Shown here one piece after another: positions 1 through 8,901 of a stretch of 64,000 nucleotides of DNA. The notes below the pieces were generated by a model. The model made no database searches. It saw only the letters and a list, made by a program, of their open reading frames with translations, and had not been told where the DNA came from. The stretch spans positions 69,902 through 133,901 of the forward strand of contig JAIXQG010000001.1 in the NCBI GenBank assembly GCA_027485835.1, read 5' to 3'. A program made the position numbers and the translations under genes. The DNA is from Alphaproteobacteria bacterium (GTDB taxonomy: Bacteria > Pseudomonadota > Alphaproteobacteria > UBA2136 > UBA6156). Numbering within the stretch: position 1 is the stretch's first letter; each line of letters opens with the position of its first letter.

Positions 1-54
1 AACAAGTGCAATGAGTAGGGCGATAATGAGGAGAAGCTGACGGCTGATAGGCAT
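1..54 (-). CDS. 5' end of a gene running off the window; its N-terminus (MPISRQLLLIIALLIALV) is hydrophobic and signal/TM-like
   Basis: ATG at 52-54 on the minus strand; the reading frame stays open to the window edge. Confidence 0.3.
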   Translation of the reverse strand, partial: MPISRQLLLIIALLIALV

Positions 55-91
55 GGGGCACCTGTTGGATAGACTAATACGGAATAGAAAA

Positions 92-120
92 GGCGGGGCC
101 TGCAGGGCAGGCCCCCGTGG
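92..120 (-). terminator. rho-independent terminator of the 127..681 gene
   Basis: GC hairpin gggcctgc-aggg-caggccc; on the minus strand it is followed by a T-run. Confidence 0.5.
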
Positions 121-126
121 GTGGCT

Positions 127-681
127 TTATTCGGCGCTGACCTTAACGGTGAAGGTACCGATAGCGGTGGTGCCATCGGCGATGGTGCCGTTAACCTCTG
201 CTACGAAAGCTTGAGCGGATTCATCGAATTCCGGAGCTTCTGAGCTGGTGGCGCCTACGTTCGGGAATACTTTGGTGAACTTGGCTTCATCGCCTTGCCA
301 GTAGTCGGACGTGATACCGGTTTGGCCGGCGTTGAGACCCTTGTTATCCATTACGAAAATTTCAACGTACTTACCGCCGCTGGCAGCTTGAATCTTCTTC
401 AGTTCGGCAGATACGGCGTTGTTCAGAACGGAGTTGATCAGCGGCTTGTCGGCAGCGCTGGTTTGAGCCTTCCAGTCGCCATCCATTTTTGTAATAGCAG
501 AGGCGTCGAGGGAGGCGTGCTTGGTGTTTTGGGCCTTAATGGCGGCAATGATGGCCGGGCTGATTTTGGCCTTCATGTCGGCAGCGACTTCTTTTTCTAC
601 CGAAGCCATGTCTACTGCAAACGAAGCAGCAGGAAGCACGGCCAGAGCGGTCAACGCCAGGGAAAGGGGACGGAGTTTCAT
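127..681 (-). CDS. secreted periplasmic protein of unknown function, possibly a Cache/PAS-like solo sensor domain
   Basis: Cleavable signal peptide (LAVLPAASFA) and no TM segment; the C-terminal stretch 'YVEIFVMDNKGLNAGQTGITSDYWQGDEAKF' resembles ligand-binding sensor domains. Confidence 0.5.
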   Translation of the reverse strand: MKLRPLSLALTALAVLPAASFAVDMASVEKEVAADMKAKISPAIIAAIKAQNTKHASLDASAITKMDGDWKAQTSAADKPLINSVLNNAVSAELKKIQAASGGKYVEIFVMDNKGLNAGQTGITSDYWQGDEAKFTKVFPNVGATSSEAPEFDESAQAFVAEVNGTIADGTTAIGTFTVKVSAE

Positions 682-912
682 CGAGGGATCTTTCTGTTAT
701 TGTTTTGCAGATGTTCGGGCCAGAAAGGGGAGATGTCAATTCCCCGATTTTTGAATTTGCCCTCTATCCAATTGGTTTCTTTTGTAGTCGTAATGGTATG
801 ATAAATTAAGTATTTGATTATGATGTTTGTGATGCGGTTTTTGTAGCAGGTTTGGGTGCGTTAACACACATGGTAGTGTTGGTTTTGGGCCACGCGGTAC
901 GACGAATGCACA

Positions 913-938
913 AAAAAGGCCCTCAGGCCTTTTTTGCG
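913..938 (-). terminator. intrinsic terminator downstream of the porin gene
   Basis: ggcc-tgag-ggcc hairpin flanked by A/T runs. Confidence 0.5.
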
Positions 939-959
939 GAGACAGTTCAGTAAGGTTTT

Positions 960-1706
960 TTAGAACGCTTTGGTGAGTGTCACTACGGCACGGCTCTCGC
1001 AGCCATCGGTGCATTCGCTCTTTTTCAGAGAGGTGTCGATGTAGTCGGCAGAGACGGTAAAGTTGGCCGGAAGCTGGTAGCTTGCACCCAGTTTGTAGTT
1101 GGTCCAGTTGGGGTAGCCGTAAGCTGCATTGTCGTCGATATCCTGACGGCCTACGCTACCGTAGACGGAGAGGCCTTCCACAAACGGTACCGGTGCGGTC
1201 AGGCCAAGTTCGCCGTAGAGGGCTTCTCCGGTTTTACCCGAGTATTCCGGCGAATAGGCGAGGGTGGCTTTGGCGGCAAGGTAGCCGAAATCGTACTGCA
1301 GCCAGCTAATACCTTCGAAATAGTTGTAGTTATAGCTGTCTTCTGCACCCGGGTAGGAGTAGTACCAGATGGAGATGTCGCCGGTCAGGTTGTCGGAGAA
1401 AGCGTGGCTATAGCCGATGGCGCCGTCCAGCTCCATGCTGGCATCGCTGTCGTTGTTAAAATCGACCGGAGCGGCAAAGGCATCCAAGTGCAGGCCGCTG
1501 GAATGTGTCCAGGCAAGTGCGCCAAGGATTGTCGGTTTTTCGTCGTTCTGGGTGATGCCGCGGAAGGTGTAGTCGGTTGTGAGGGCAACGCTGCCGGTCA
1601 CTTCGCCGCCTGCAATTGTGTTGGCGGAGGATGCTTCCTCTGCCATAGCAGGGGCAACACTTAAGGCCGAAGCGAGAAGCGCGAGGGTGGGGAGGAGGAG
1701 TTTCAT
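960..1706 (-). CDS. TorF-family putative outer-membrane porin (TIGR02001-like)
   Basis: Signal peptide MKLLLPTLALLASALSVAPAMA; 'TTDYTFRGITQND' and a Y/W-rich beta-barrel pattern ending in F; the start was trimmed to the ATG at 1704-1706, which has a GGAGGAGG RBS. Confidence 0.7.
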   Translation of the reverse strand: MKLLLPTLALLASALSVAPAMAEEASSANTIAGGEVTGSVALTTDYTFRGITQNDEKPTILGALAWTHSSGLHLDAFAAPVDFNNDSDASMELDGAIGYSHAFSDNLTGDISIWYYSYPGAEDSYNYNYFEGISWLQYDFGYLAAKATLAYSPEYSGKTGEALYGELGLTAPVPFVEGLSVYGSVGRQDIDDNAAYGYPNWTNYKLGASYQLPANFTVSADYIDTSLKKSECTDGCESRAVVTLTKAF

Positions 1707-1740
1707 GGGGGATGTCCTTCGTTTATAGGGGTTATTGTAT

Positions 1741-3618
1741 TTAGGAACCTTTGGCGATGTGGTCGACCAGCTCTTCCGCGCGCTGGCGAATGTGCTGGAC
1801 GCTGCCGCTGATGGAACGGATGGAGGCGGATTGTTCTTCAATCGCGGCGGCAACCGTGTTGCTGGCGTTGTCGACGTGTTTGATTGTTTCCACAATGCTT
1901 TGAATGATCCCGACCGAGCCATCTACAGCCGATTGCATGTCGCGGACCTGAGTCGCGATTTCGTCGCTTGCCGAGCTGGTGCGTTCCGAGAGTTTTTTCA
2001 CCTCTTGCGCGACCACAGAGAATCCGCGGCCTGCGTCGCCGGCACGGGCAGCTTCAATACTCGCGTTAAGCGCCAGCAGATTGATGTTTTCGGCAACGTC
2101 GTTGATCATCACCGTTACCTGACTGATGTGTTGGGACGATGTTTTGAGGAATTCCACATTGTTGTGAAGCTCGGCGGATTGTTTAACCGCTGTACGGATA
2201 ACGTCCTGCACGCCGACCATTTGCTGGTTAACTTCTTCGATCGCGATCTGCATTTCCTTACTGGAGTTAGCGACTTCGTTAAAGTTAGGTTCTTGCGAGC
2301 CCGAGACATATTGCTGGGAATTGCCACCGACAACCTTACCAAAACGGTCTGCCAACGAGCGTAGGGAGTCTTTACGCTGTGTTTCCATGGCTTCGCGCTC
2401 TTGGCGTACCTGCTCTTGTTCCTGCTTAAAGATATTCTGGCTTTGGCTGCTGGCGCGGTAAGACTCGACTGCCTTGCTGAGAGCGCCCACATCGTCCTGA
2501 CGGGTGGTGCCTTTGACAGTGATATCATATTCGCCGTTGTTAATTTTACGGATGCACTCGTTAAGGTGACTCAGCGGTTTACGGAGCATGCTCTCCATAA
2601 AGGCGTAAACCAGCACTGCAAGAATGGCCATACCGATAAGGCCAAATAGAATGAGCTTATTCAAGATAGACGATACGGTGGCATAGACCGTGCTTTCCGG
2701 AATCTGTACCACAACAAACCATTGCTGTTTGGCGTCACCGATCGAGAGAGGTTTGACGGAGGTGAGGAAGCGACCGTCGGTAAGCTCTACGGTTTGCTGT
2801 TGGGTCTGTTTACTCGATGCCGCTTGAGCCACCATGTCGGCAATTTGGGGCATGGTGTCGGAAATCGGTTTATTAAGTTCATCCGTGCGCGGAGCGACGA
2901 CCCATACGCCTTTTTCGCTTAGAATACCCATGCGGCCGGTTTCCATCGGTTTTACATTTTCAAATACTTTTTGAAGGTTGCTCAGTTCAAAATCTGCGCT
3001 TGAAACGCCGAGGAATTTGCCATTTTCAATCATAGGAATGGCAACTGTCGTCATCAGTACCTGACGGTTTTCTACCGGGTAATAATAAGGTTCAACAATA
3101 TTCATTTGTTGGTTTTGTTTCGGTAGCAAATAGTAGTCTCCGGTAGATAGGTTTTCGGCAACGCCACCTTTTTCAACGCTATAGCCACCATTTGGTGTTT
3201 TGTAAGCATAGGGAACAAAACCACCTGTTTTTTTGTTTCCATAAATTTCCGCGTATTCTTTGTCTTTGCCGTCGTAAGTGTTGGGATCCCACTCCATATA
3301 AAGCCCAAATACATCTGGCTTCTCCTTTAAGAGATTTAGAAGCACGTGTTCTACAGCTTCTCTGTTAAGTACGCCTTTTTCCCTGAGAGACATGACCGTA
3401 TTACGAGCTGTAACCGCTAATTCGACAGCATGGTTAAGTTGGGACGTGGCTTTCAGTGCTATGGTTTCGGAAATCTCTATCTGGTATGCGTCAACTTGTT
3501 CTCTGACAGAGTTGTTTACGATGGAATAGATGAGTCCACCTAGGGCACTAATAATTGTGCCTGTGCCAAGCAGAAGCAGGATGAGGAGCTTGCGGCTGAT
3601 ATCCAGTTTGTGAAGCAT
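1741..3618 (-). CDS. methyl-accepting chemotaxis protein with periplasmic dCache-type sensor, HAMP and MCP signalling domains
   Basis: N-terminal TM, a ~280-aa periplasmic domain, a second TM, and the highly conserved MCP signalling motif 'LLALNASIEAARAGDAGRGFSVVAQEVKKLSERT'. Confidence 0.9.
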   Translation of the reverse strand: MLHKLDISRKLLILLLLGTGTIISALGGLIYSIVNNSVREQVDAYQIEISETIALKATSQLNHAVELAVTARNTVMSLREKGVLNREAVEHVLLNLLKEKPDVFGLYMEWDPNTYDGKDKEYAEIYGNKKTGGFVPYAYKTPNGGYSVEKGGVAENLSTGDYYLLPKQNQQMNIVEPYYYPVENRQVLMTTVAIPMIENGKFLGVSSADFELSNLQKVFENVKPMETGRMGILSEKGVWVVAPRTDELNKPISDTMPQIADMVAQAASSKQTQQQTVELTDGRFLTSVKPLSIGDAKQQWFVVVQIPESTVYATVSSILNKLILFGLIGMAILAVLVYAFMESMLRKPLSHLNECIRKINNGEYDITVKGTTRQDDVGALSKAVESYRASSQSQNIFKQEQEQVRQEREAMETQRKDSLRSLADRFGKVVGGNSQQYVSGSQEPNFNEVANSSKEMQIAIEEVNQQMVGVQDVIRTAVKQSAELHNNVEFLKTSSQHISQVTVMINDVAENINLLALNASIEAARAGDAGRGFSVVAQEVKKLSERTSSASDEIATQVRDMQSAVDGSVGIIQSIVETIKHVDNASNTVAAAIEEQSASIRSISGSVQHIRQRAEELVDHIAKGS

Positions 3619-3762
3619 GATTACTTCTTTTTATTATTAATATTGGCCTAATAGATAATGCTTCGGTTGGTTTGGGCAAGAGTAAAACGATGAGTTACGA
3701 ATCTATGATTATGTGATGTGTTTTTCTCGTAACAACGTTGTGTTGCAGTAAATATTAAAATG

Positions 3763-3790
3763 CAAAAAGAGGCCCGAAGGCCTCTTTTCG
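3763..3790 (-). terminator. rho-independent terminator downstream of tuf
   Basis: agaggcc-cgaa-ggcctct hairpin followed by a T-run on the minus strand. Confidence 0.7.
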
Positions 3791-3804
3791 TGCGTTCATC
3801 AAAG

Positions 3805-4977
3805 TTACTTGATGATGGTAGCAACCACGCCAGCACCAACGGTACGGCCGCCTTCGCGAACAGCGAAGCGAACACCTTGGTCCATAGCGATCGGAGCGAT
3901 CAGCTCAACTTCCATGGCGATGTTGTCGCCCGGCATAACCATTTCAACGCCATCCGGCAGCTTGATGGAGCCGGTAACGTCGGTGGTGCGGAAGTAGAAC
4001 TGCGGGCGGTAGCCGGAGAAGAACGGGGTGTGACGGCCGCCTTCTTCTTTGCTCAGCACGTAAACTTCAGACTTGAAGTTGGTGTGCGGAGTGATGGAGC
4101 CCGGCTTGGCCAGAACTTGACCACGCTCAACGTCTTCACGCTTGATACCGCGCAGCAGCAGACCAACGTTGTCGCCAGCTTGACCTTGGTCGAGCAGCTT
4201 GCGGAACATTTCCACGCCGGTGCAGGCGGTTTTGGCGGTGGGACGGAGACCGACGATTTCGATTTCTTCACCTACCTTGATGATACCGCGTTCGATACGG
4301 CCGGTTACAACAGTACCGCGACCGGTAATGGTGAACACGTCTTCTACCGGCATCAGGAACGGCTTGTCGAGTTCGCGCTCGGCTTGCGGGATCCAGGTGT
4401 CTACAGCTTCCATCAGGCTCTTGATGGCTACGCCACCCAGCTTGTCGTCGGCAGATTCGATAGCCTTCAGAGCGGAACCGTGGATGATCGGGGTGTTGTC
4501 GCCGTCGAAGTCGTACTTGGACAGGAGTTCACGGATTTCCATTTCAACCAGCTCGAGCAGGTCCGGGTCGGCGATGTCGCACTTGTTCAGGAAGACAACC
4601 AGCTTCGGAACGCCAACTTGGCGGGCCAGCAGGATGTGCTCGCGGGTTTGCGGCATCGGGCCGTCGGTAGCAGCTACCACGAGGATAGCGCCGTCCATCT
4701 GAGCGGCACCGGTAATCATGTTCTTCACGTAGTCGGCGTGGCCCGGGCAGTCAACGTGGGCGTAGTGACGGTTCGGGGTTTCGTACTCAACGTGAGCGGT
4801 GTTAATGGTAATACCGCGGGCTTTTTCTTCCGGAGCAGCGTCGATTTGGTCGTACGCGCGGAATTCGCCGAAATATTTGGTAATGGCCGCAGTCAGCGTG
4901 GTTTTACCGTGGTCAACGTGACCAATGGTACCAATGTTGCAGTGCGGCTTGGTGCGTTGGAAAGATTGCTTTGCCAT
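3805..4977 (-). CDS. tuf: elongation factor Tu
   Basis: [34 protein letters not shown]..., [12 protein letters not shown], and a full-length domain II/III; the start is trimmed to the ATG at 4975-4977. Confidence 0.97.
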   Translation of the reverse strand: MAKQSFQRTKPHCNIGTIGHVDHGKTTLTAAITKYFGEFRAYDQIDAAPEEKARGITINTAHVEYETPNRHYAHVDCPGHADYVKNMITGAAQMDGAILVVAATDGPMPQTREHILLARQVGVPKLVVFLNKCDIADPDLLELVEMEIRELLSKYDFDGDNTPIIHGSALKAIESADDKLGGVAIKSLMEAVDTWIPQAERELDKPFLMPVEDVFTITGRGTVVTGRIERGIIKVGEEIEIVGLRPTAKTACTGVEMFRKLLDQGQAGDNVGLLLRGIKREDVERGQVLAKPGSITPHTNFKSEVYVLSKEEGGRHTPFFSGYRPQFYFRTTDVTGSIKLPDGVEMVMPGDNIAMEVELIAPIAMDQGVRFAVREGGRTVGAGVVATIIK

Positions 4978-5242
4978 TTCGCTAGCCCTTACTTTGTTTA
5001 GGTTTTCATGTGTGCCACGCATGATGAGCCTCTCGCTGCGGCACGCGACTTGTAACATATCTCCGCACAAATGCAATAGGCATGGACTTATTTTGGCGTG
5101 GGCTAAAACGCTCCTCCAGCACGTTTTGGCGGGTCTGAAATACGTCTTTTTGTATTCGGCGCCCCGCCAAAACGCACCAGGATGAACGTTCTAGCCTCGC
5201 GCGCAGGGGCAACGTCGCTGCGCGCCGTATGCTTTGCTTAGG

Positions 5243-6664
5243 TTAAGGGCGGCTTATAGTTTTTATTTCGAGGTATTCTTCGAAGCCGTGGGGGCCTTTT
5301 TCGCGGCCGTTGCCGGATTGTTTATAGCCGCCGAAGGGCAGGGACGGATGCGGTTTTGCGCCGTTGATGTTCAAGGTGCCGGTGCGGATGCGGCGGGCGA
5401 CGCGTTCGCAGCGCTCTAAGCTCCCTGAAATGTAGCCGGAGAGGCCATATTTGGAGGCGTTGGCGAGTTCGATAGCGTGGTCTTCGTCTTTATAGGGAAT
5501 AATCACGAGGACGGGGCCGAAGATTTCTTCTTGTCCGATGGTGCTGGCGTTGCTCACGTTGGTGAAGATGGTCGGTTTGACGAAGTAGCCGGTGGCGAGG
5601 CCTTCCGGTTTGCCCAAACCGCCGGTGAGGAGGGTGGCGCCTTCGTCTATCCCCTTTTGGAGCAGGGCTTGAATGCGGTCGTATTGGATTTTCGAGACGA
5701 CGGGGCCGAGGTCGGTGTTTTCGCGGGTCGGGTCGCCTTGCTTATAGGATTCGGCGGCTTTTTTGGCGAGCTGGTTGGCTTCTTCCAAGCGGCTTTGCGG
5801 CACCAGCAGGCGGGTGGCGGCGCTGCAGGATTGGCCGCAGTTGACGAAGCATTGGCTGACGGCGCGGGGAATGGCTTCTGCAAAATCGGCGTCATCCAGC
5901 ATGATATTGGCGGATTTGCCGCCGAGCTCTTGCGTAACCCGCTTGATGGTGGGGGCGGCGGCTTGGGCGACGGCAATGCCTGCGCGGGTGGAACCAGTGA
6001 TGCTGACCATATCCACCAATGGATGCGAGGCGAGGGTGGCGCCGATGACTTCTCCGGTGCCGTTTACCAGATTAAATACCCCTGCGGGGAGGCCGGCTTC
6101 TTCAATGATTTCGGCAATAATCAGCGCGGTGAGGGGAGAGAATTCGGATGGCTTGAGCACCATGGTGCAACCGGTGGCGAGGGCGGGCGCGACTTTGAGG
6201 ACGACTTGGTTGGCGGGCCAGTTCCAGGGGGTGATGAGGGCGCAGACACCGACGGGCTCCTTCACCACCGTACCGTTAGCCATGGGGTGTTCGAACTCGA
6301 AATTGGCGAGAACATCCCGCGCGATTTGGAAGTGTTTGAGGCCGATTTCGGTTTGGCCGGAGCGGGAGAAGCTGATGGGGGAGCCCATTTCTTGCGTGAT
6401 GGCGGCGGCAATTTCGTCGAAGCGGCGTTTGTAGATTGCGATGATGTTGTCGAGGTAGGCGAGGCGTTCTTCCCGTGAAGTTTGGCTGTAGGCGGGGAAG
6501 GCGGCGGCAGCGGCTTCAATGGCGCGTTCGGCATCGGCTTTGCCGCCCATGGCGAGCTGGCCGAAGGGTTGCTCGGTTGCCGGATTGATGAGGGTGTGCG
6601 GCGTTTGCGGTTGGGTGGGGGCGACCCATTGGCCATTAATGAAGAATTTATCGAGCTTAGGCAT
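5243..6664 (-). CDS. NAD(P)-dependent aldehyde dehydrogenase family protein
   Basis: MPKLDKFFINGQWV..., ELGGKSA, and a catalytic-Cys region FVNCGQSCSAATR; the annotated ORF start upstream overlaps the tRNA and was trimmed to the ATG at 6662-6664. Confidence 0.9.
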   Translation of the reverse strand: MPKLDKFFINGQWVAPTQPQTPHTLINPATEQPFGQLAMGGKADAERAIEAAAAAFPAYSQTSREERLAYLDNIIAIYKRRFDEIAAAITQEMGSPISFSRSGQTEIGLKHFQIARDVLANFEFEHPMANGTVVKEPVGVCALITPWNWPANQVVLKVAPALATGCTMVLKPSEFSPLTALIIAEIIEEAGLPAGVFNLVNGTGEVIGATLASHPLVDMVSITGSTRAGIAVAQAAAPTIKRVTQELGGKSANIMLDDADFAEAIPRAVSQCFVNCGQSCSAATRLLVPQSRLEEANQLAKKAAESYKQGDPTRENTDLGPVVSKIQYDRIQALLQKGIDEGATLLTGGLGKPEGLATGYFVKPTIFTNVSNASTIGQEEIFGPVLVIIPYKDEDHAIELANASKYGLSGYISGSLERCERVARRIRTGTLNINGAKPHPSLPFGGYKQSGNGREKGPHGFEEYLEIKTISRP

Positions 6665-6706
6665 GTGTAGACCCCTTGTTTTTGGACATCTGGATGGGGG
6701 AAGAGA

Positions 6707-6780
6707 TGGAGCGGGTAGACGGGATCGAACCGACATGGCTAGCTTGGAAGGCTAGAACTTTACCATTAAGCTATACCCGC
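6707..6780 (-). tRNA. tRNA-Gly (anticodon TCC)
   Basis: GCGGGTATAGCTTAATGGTAAAGC...TTCGATCCCGTCTACCCGCTCCA cloverleaf; the anticodon loop cTTCCaa gives TCC. Confidence 0.9.
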
Positions 6781-6832
6781 GCCGAGATGGGTTTTAGCAA
6801 AGTGTGACGCCTCTGGCTAGATAGGATTATTA

Positions 6833-6858
6833 AAAAAGCCCCGAAGAAGGGGCTTTAG
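6833..6858 (-). terminator. terminator of the AKP-repeat gene
   Basis: aaagcccc-gaagaa-ggggcttt hairpin plus a T-run on the minus strand. Confidence 0.6.
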
Positions 6859-6872
6859 TAGGATTCGTTTGC

Positions 6873-7256
6873 TTAGTCGAACAGCAGAACGAGGCCGACG
6901 AAGGCAGCGATGATGCTGACCAAAACGATGGCTGGGTTGGCTTGGGCGTAGGTAATCGCTTCATCCAACCACTGGGGTGTGGGGGCGTTGGCGCGTTTTG
7001 CGGAGGGTACGCTGTGCAGTTGTGGTGCGGGACGGGCTTCGGCGACGATTTTCGCTGTTGGCTTGGCAGCAGGTTTAGCAACCGGCTTGGCGACACCTTT
7101 GGTGGCCGTGGTTTTTGCGGCGGGCTTGGCGGCCGGTTTTGCTACCGCTTTGGCAACAGGCTTAGCAGCCGGTTTAGCTGCGGCCTTAGGGGTGGCTTTA
7201 GCCGGAGCTGCCTTGGCGGCCGGCTTTTTGGCGGGTTTGGACGGAGCTTTGGCCAT
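6873..7256 (-). CDS. Lys/Ala/Pro-rich (histone H1-like) repeat protein with a C-terminal transmembrane anchor
   Basis: MAKAPSKPAKKPAAKAAPAKATPKAAAKPAAKPVAKAVAKPAAKPAAK... then ...IVLVSIIAAFVGLVLLFD; the matching DNA is an imperfect repeat of gccggcttt/ggcggc units; the start is trimmed to an internal ATG. Confidence 0.6.
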   Translation of the reverse strand: MAKAPSKPAKKPAAKAAPAKATPKAAAKPAAKPVAKAVAKPAAKPAAKTTATKGVAKPVAKPAAKPTAKIVAEARPAPQLHSVPSAKRANAPTPQWLDEAITYAQANPAIVLVSIIAAFVGLVLLFD

Positions 7257-7390
7257 GGGGAGGGCTTTCGTTGTTGTGTTTTTGTGGGCTCTTATTCGTT
7301 GAAGGTTAACGGCTTTAAGGCGTGTGCGCAAGTTTGTTTGTGAACAACGCTTGACAAGGTGAGGCCGTAAGGCTACAGAAGCCCTCGTGT

Positions 7391-7467
<77 letters not shown>

Positions 7468-7478
7468 AAGAATTGATT

Positions 7479-7505
7479 AAGCCGCCTTTTGGGCGGCTTT
7501 TTTGT
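7479..7505 (+). terminator. rho-independent terminator after tRNA-fMet
   Basis: gccgcc-tttt-gggcggc followed by tttttt. Confidence 0.75.
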
Positions 7506-7524
7506 TGAGTCGTGTTTTGGAGCG

Positions 7525-7806
7525 TTAGAAGGGTTTTGCGATGTTGGCTTCTGATACCGGCACGTTGTGTGTGGCGACGATGTGGCGCAGGTGGGCGTGG
7601 AGGTCTTGAATCGATGTGACTCCGGCGCGGGCGTTGGCCATGGCGGTGTAGCCGTTGGTTTTGTCGAGCCCTAGTCCGAGCGAGAGAACACCCATATTGA
7701 AGGCGAGTTGTACCTTGCGTTCTTCGGTCAGGTCGTTCCAGTGGGCGACGCGGGTGAAGCGGAGCACTTGCTCGCACGCGTGGGTGGTGAGGTCTGTGGT
7801 GTTCAT
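7525..7806 (-). CDS. small hypothetical protein; weak resemblance to the C-terminal half of T4-type (GH24) lysozymes
   Basis: 93 aa; 'QLAFNMGVLSLGLG...' resembles the lysozyme 'VNMVFQMGETG' region, but the catalytic N-terminal half is absent. Confidence 0.4.
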   Translation of the reverse strand: MNTTDLTTHACEQVLRFTRVAHWNDLTEERKVQLAFNMGVLSLGLGLDKTNGYTAMANARAGVTSIQDLHAHLRHIVATHNVPVSEANIAKPF

Positions 7807-7923
7807 TATTCTACTCCTGAAGTGTGTTGATTTTGAAAGGTCTGGTCGCATTTGCCTTGAGACGGCTTGGCGTGGATGTTACAACGTCTGCCATTGACCG
7901 TAATCAAGAACAAGGTTGTTTGC

Positions 7924-8886
7924 ATGGATTTTTTGATGATTTTGGCAGGGTTGGTTCTGCTGTTTTTTGGCGGTGAAGCTTTGCTGCGCGGTGCGGTTGC
8001 ATTGGCTGAGCGTTTTGGGCTTTCGAAATTTTTAGTGAGTGCCGTTATTGTTGGGTTTGGAACTTCTATGCCGGAATTAGTGGTTTCGGTTGGGGCGGCG
8101 TTAAAGGGCGCGCCGGATATTGCGCTGGGTAATATTGTTGGTAGCAATATTGCCAATATTTTGCTGATTGTGGGTTTTGCTGCCGTGCTGTGCCCGATGT
8201 TGGTGGCTGTGAAAGACGTGAAGCGTGATGTTTACCTGATGATTGGCGCTAGTGTGTTGTTATGCGTCACGACGTTTGTGGGGGTTTTGAATTTTTGGAT
8301 TGGTATATTGATGATGATGGCTTTGCTGGCTAATGTGGCGTGGGCTTACCACTTAGACCGGAGCACGGCTAAAAAGGCCCTTAAAGTGCGTAAAGAAGCT
8401 GGCCATGCCGAGCCCGAAGTGCACCATGACATGCACCCCGCCCTAGCTGCCTTATATTGCGCAGGGGGATTGGCCTTGCTGGCATTGGGGGCTGACTGGT
8501 TGGTGGATGGTGCGAGTAATGTGGCACGTGGGTTTGGTATTGCCGATGCGGTTATCGGGTTGACGGTTGTGGCGGTGGGAACCTCTCTGCCCGAGCTGGC
8601 AACCGCTGTGGTAGCGGCTTACCGCAAGCACGGCGAGATGATTGTGGGAAATATTGTGGGGAGCAATATTTTCAATATCCTTTCCATTTTGGGTATCACC
8701 GCGATGATTACGCCGATACCGTTTGTGGGCCAGATTGCCCGTGTGGACGTGTGGCTGATGCTGATGGTGGCGCTTGCTTATGGCGGCCTTTTACTGGCGG
8801 GTGCCAAGGTAGGCCGTGTGGCCGGTGTGGTGATGCTAGTGGCTTATGCGGTTTACAACGTGTGGCTGTATGTGGGTGCGGCGTAG
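7924..8886 (+). CDS. Ca2+/Na+ antiporter (CaCA / YrbG family)
   Basis: Two alpha-repeat halves, each carrying GTSMPEL/GTSLPEL and GSNIANIL/GSNIFNIL. Confidence 0.88.
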   Translation: MDFLMILAGLVLLFFGGEALLRGAVALAERFGLSKFLVSAVIVGFGTSMPELVVSVGAALKGAPDIALGNIVGSNIANILLIVGFAAVLCPMLVAVKDVKRDVYLMIGASVLLCVTTFVGVLNFWIGILMMMALLANVAWAYHLDRSTAKKALKVRKEAGHAEPEVHHDMHPALAALYCAGGLALLALGADWLVDGASNVARGFGIADAVIGLTVVAVGTSLPELATAVVAAYRKHGEMIVGNIVGSNIFNILSILGITAMITPIPFVGQIARVDVWLMLMVALAYGGLLLAGAKVGRVAGVVMLVAYAVYNVWLYVGAA

Positions 8887-8901
8887 CGCGGTCTAATAAA
8901 G

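Noticed and set aside
3760-5001. Long + strand ORF (413 aa) antisense to tuf, and similar antisense ORFs over the ALDH (5477..6478), the autotransporter (27576..28583), lptD, ppiD and others
   Set aside because: These are GC-rich antisense frames with no RBS or motif. The opposite strand encodes proteins of unmistakable identity (EF-Tu, ALDH and so on); high GC content produces long stop-free antisense frames.
6664-6736. Upstream extension of the ALDH ORF (and the 50894..51709 ORF) overlapping tRNA genes
   Set aside because: The extensions run through tRNA-Gly and tRNA-Leu. Internal ATGs with conserved protein N-termini (MPKLDKFFINGQWV) give the real starts, and the 50894 ORF has no coding signal.
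7081-7260. Nucleotide tandem repeats (gccggcttt / ggcggc units) that could be mistaken for a CRISPR or satellite array
   Set aside because: The repeats are imperfect, have no spacer/repeat periodicity, and translate in frame into a K/A/P-repeat protein. They are a coding low-complexity region, not a CRISPR array.
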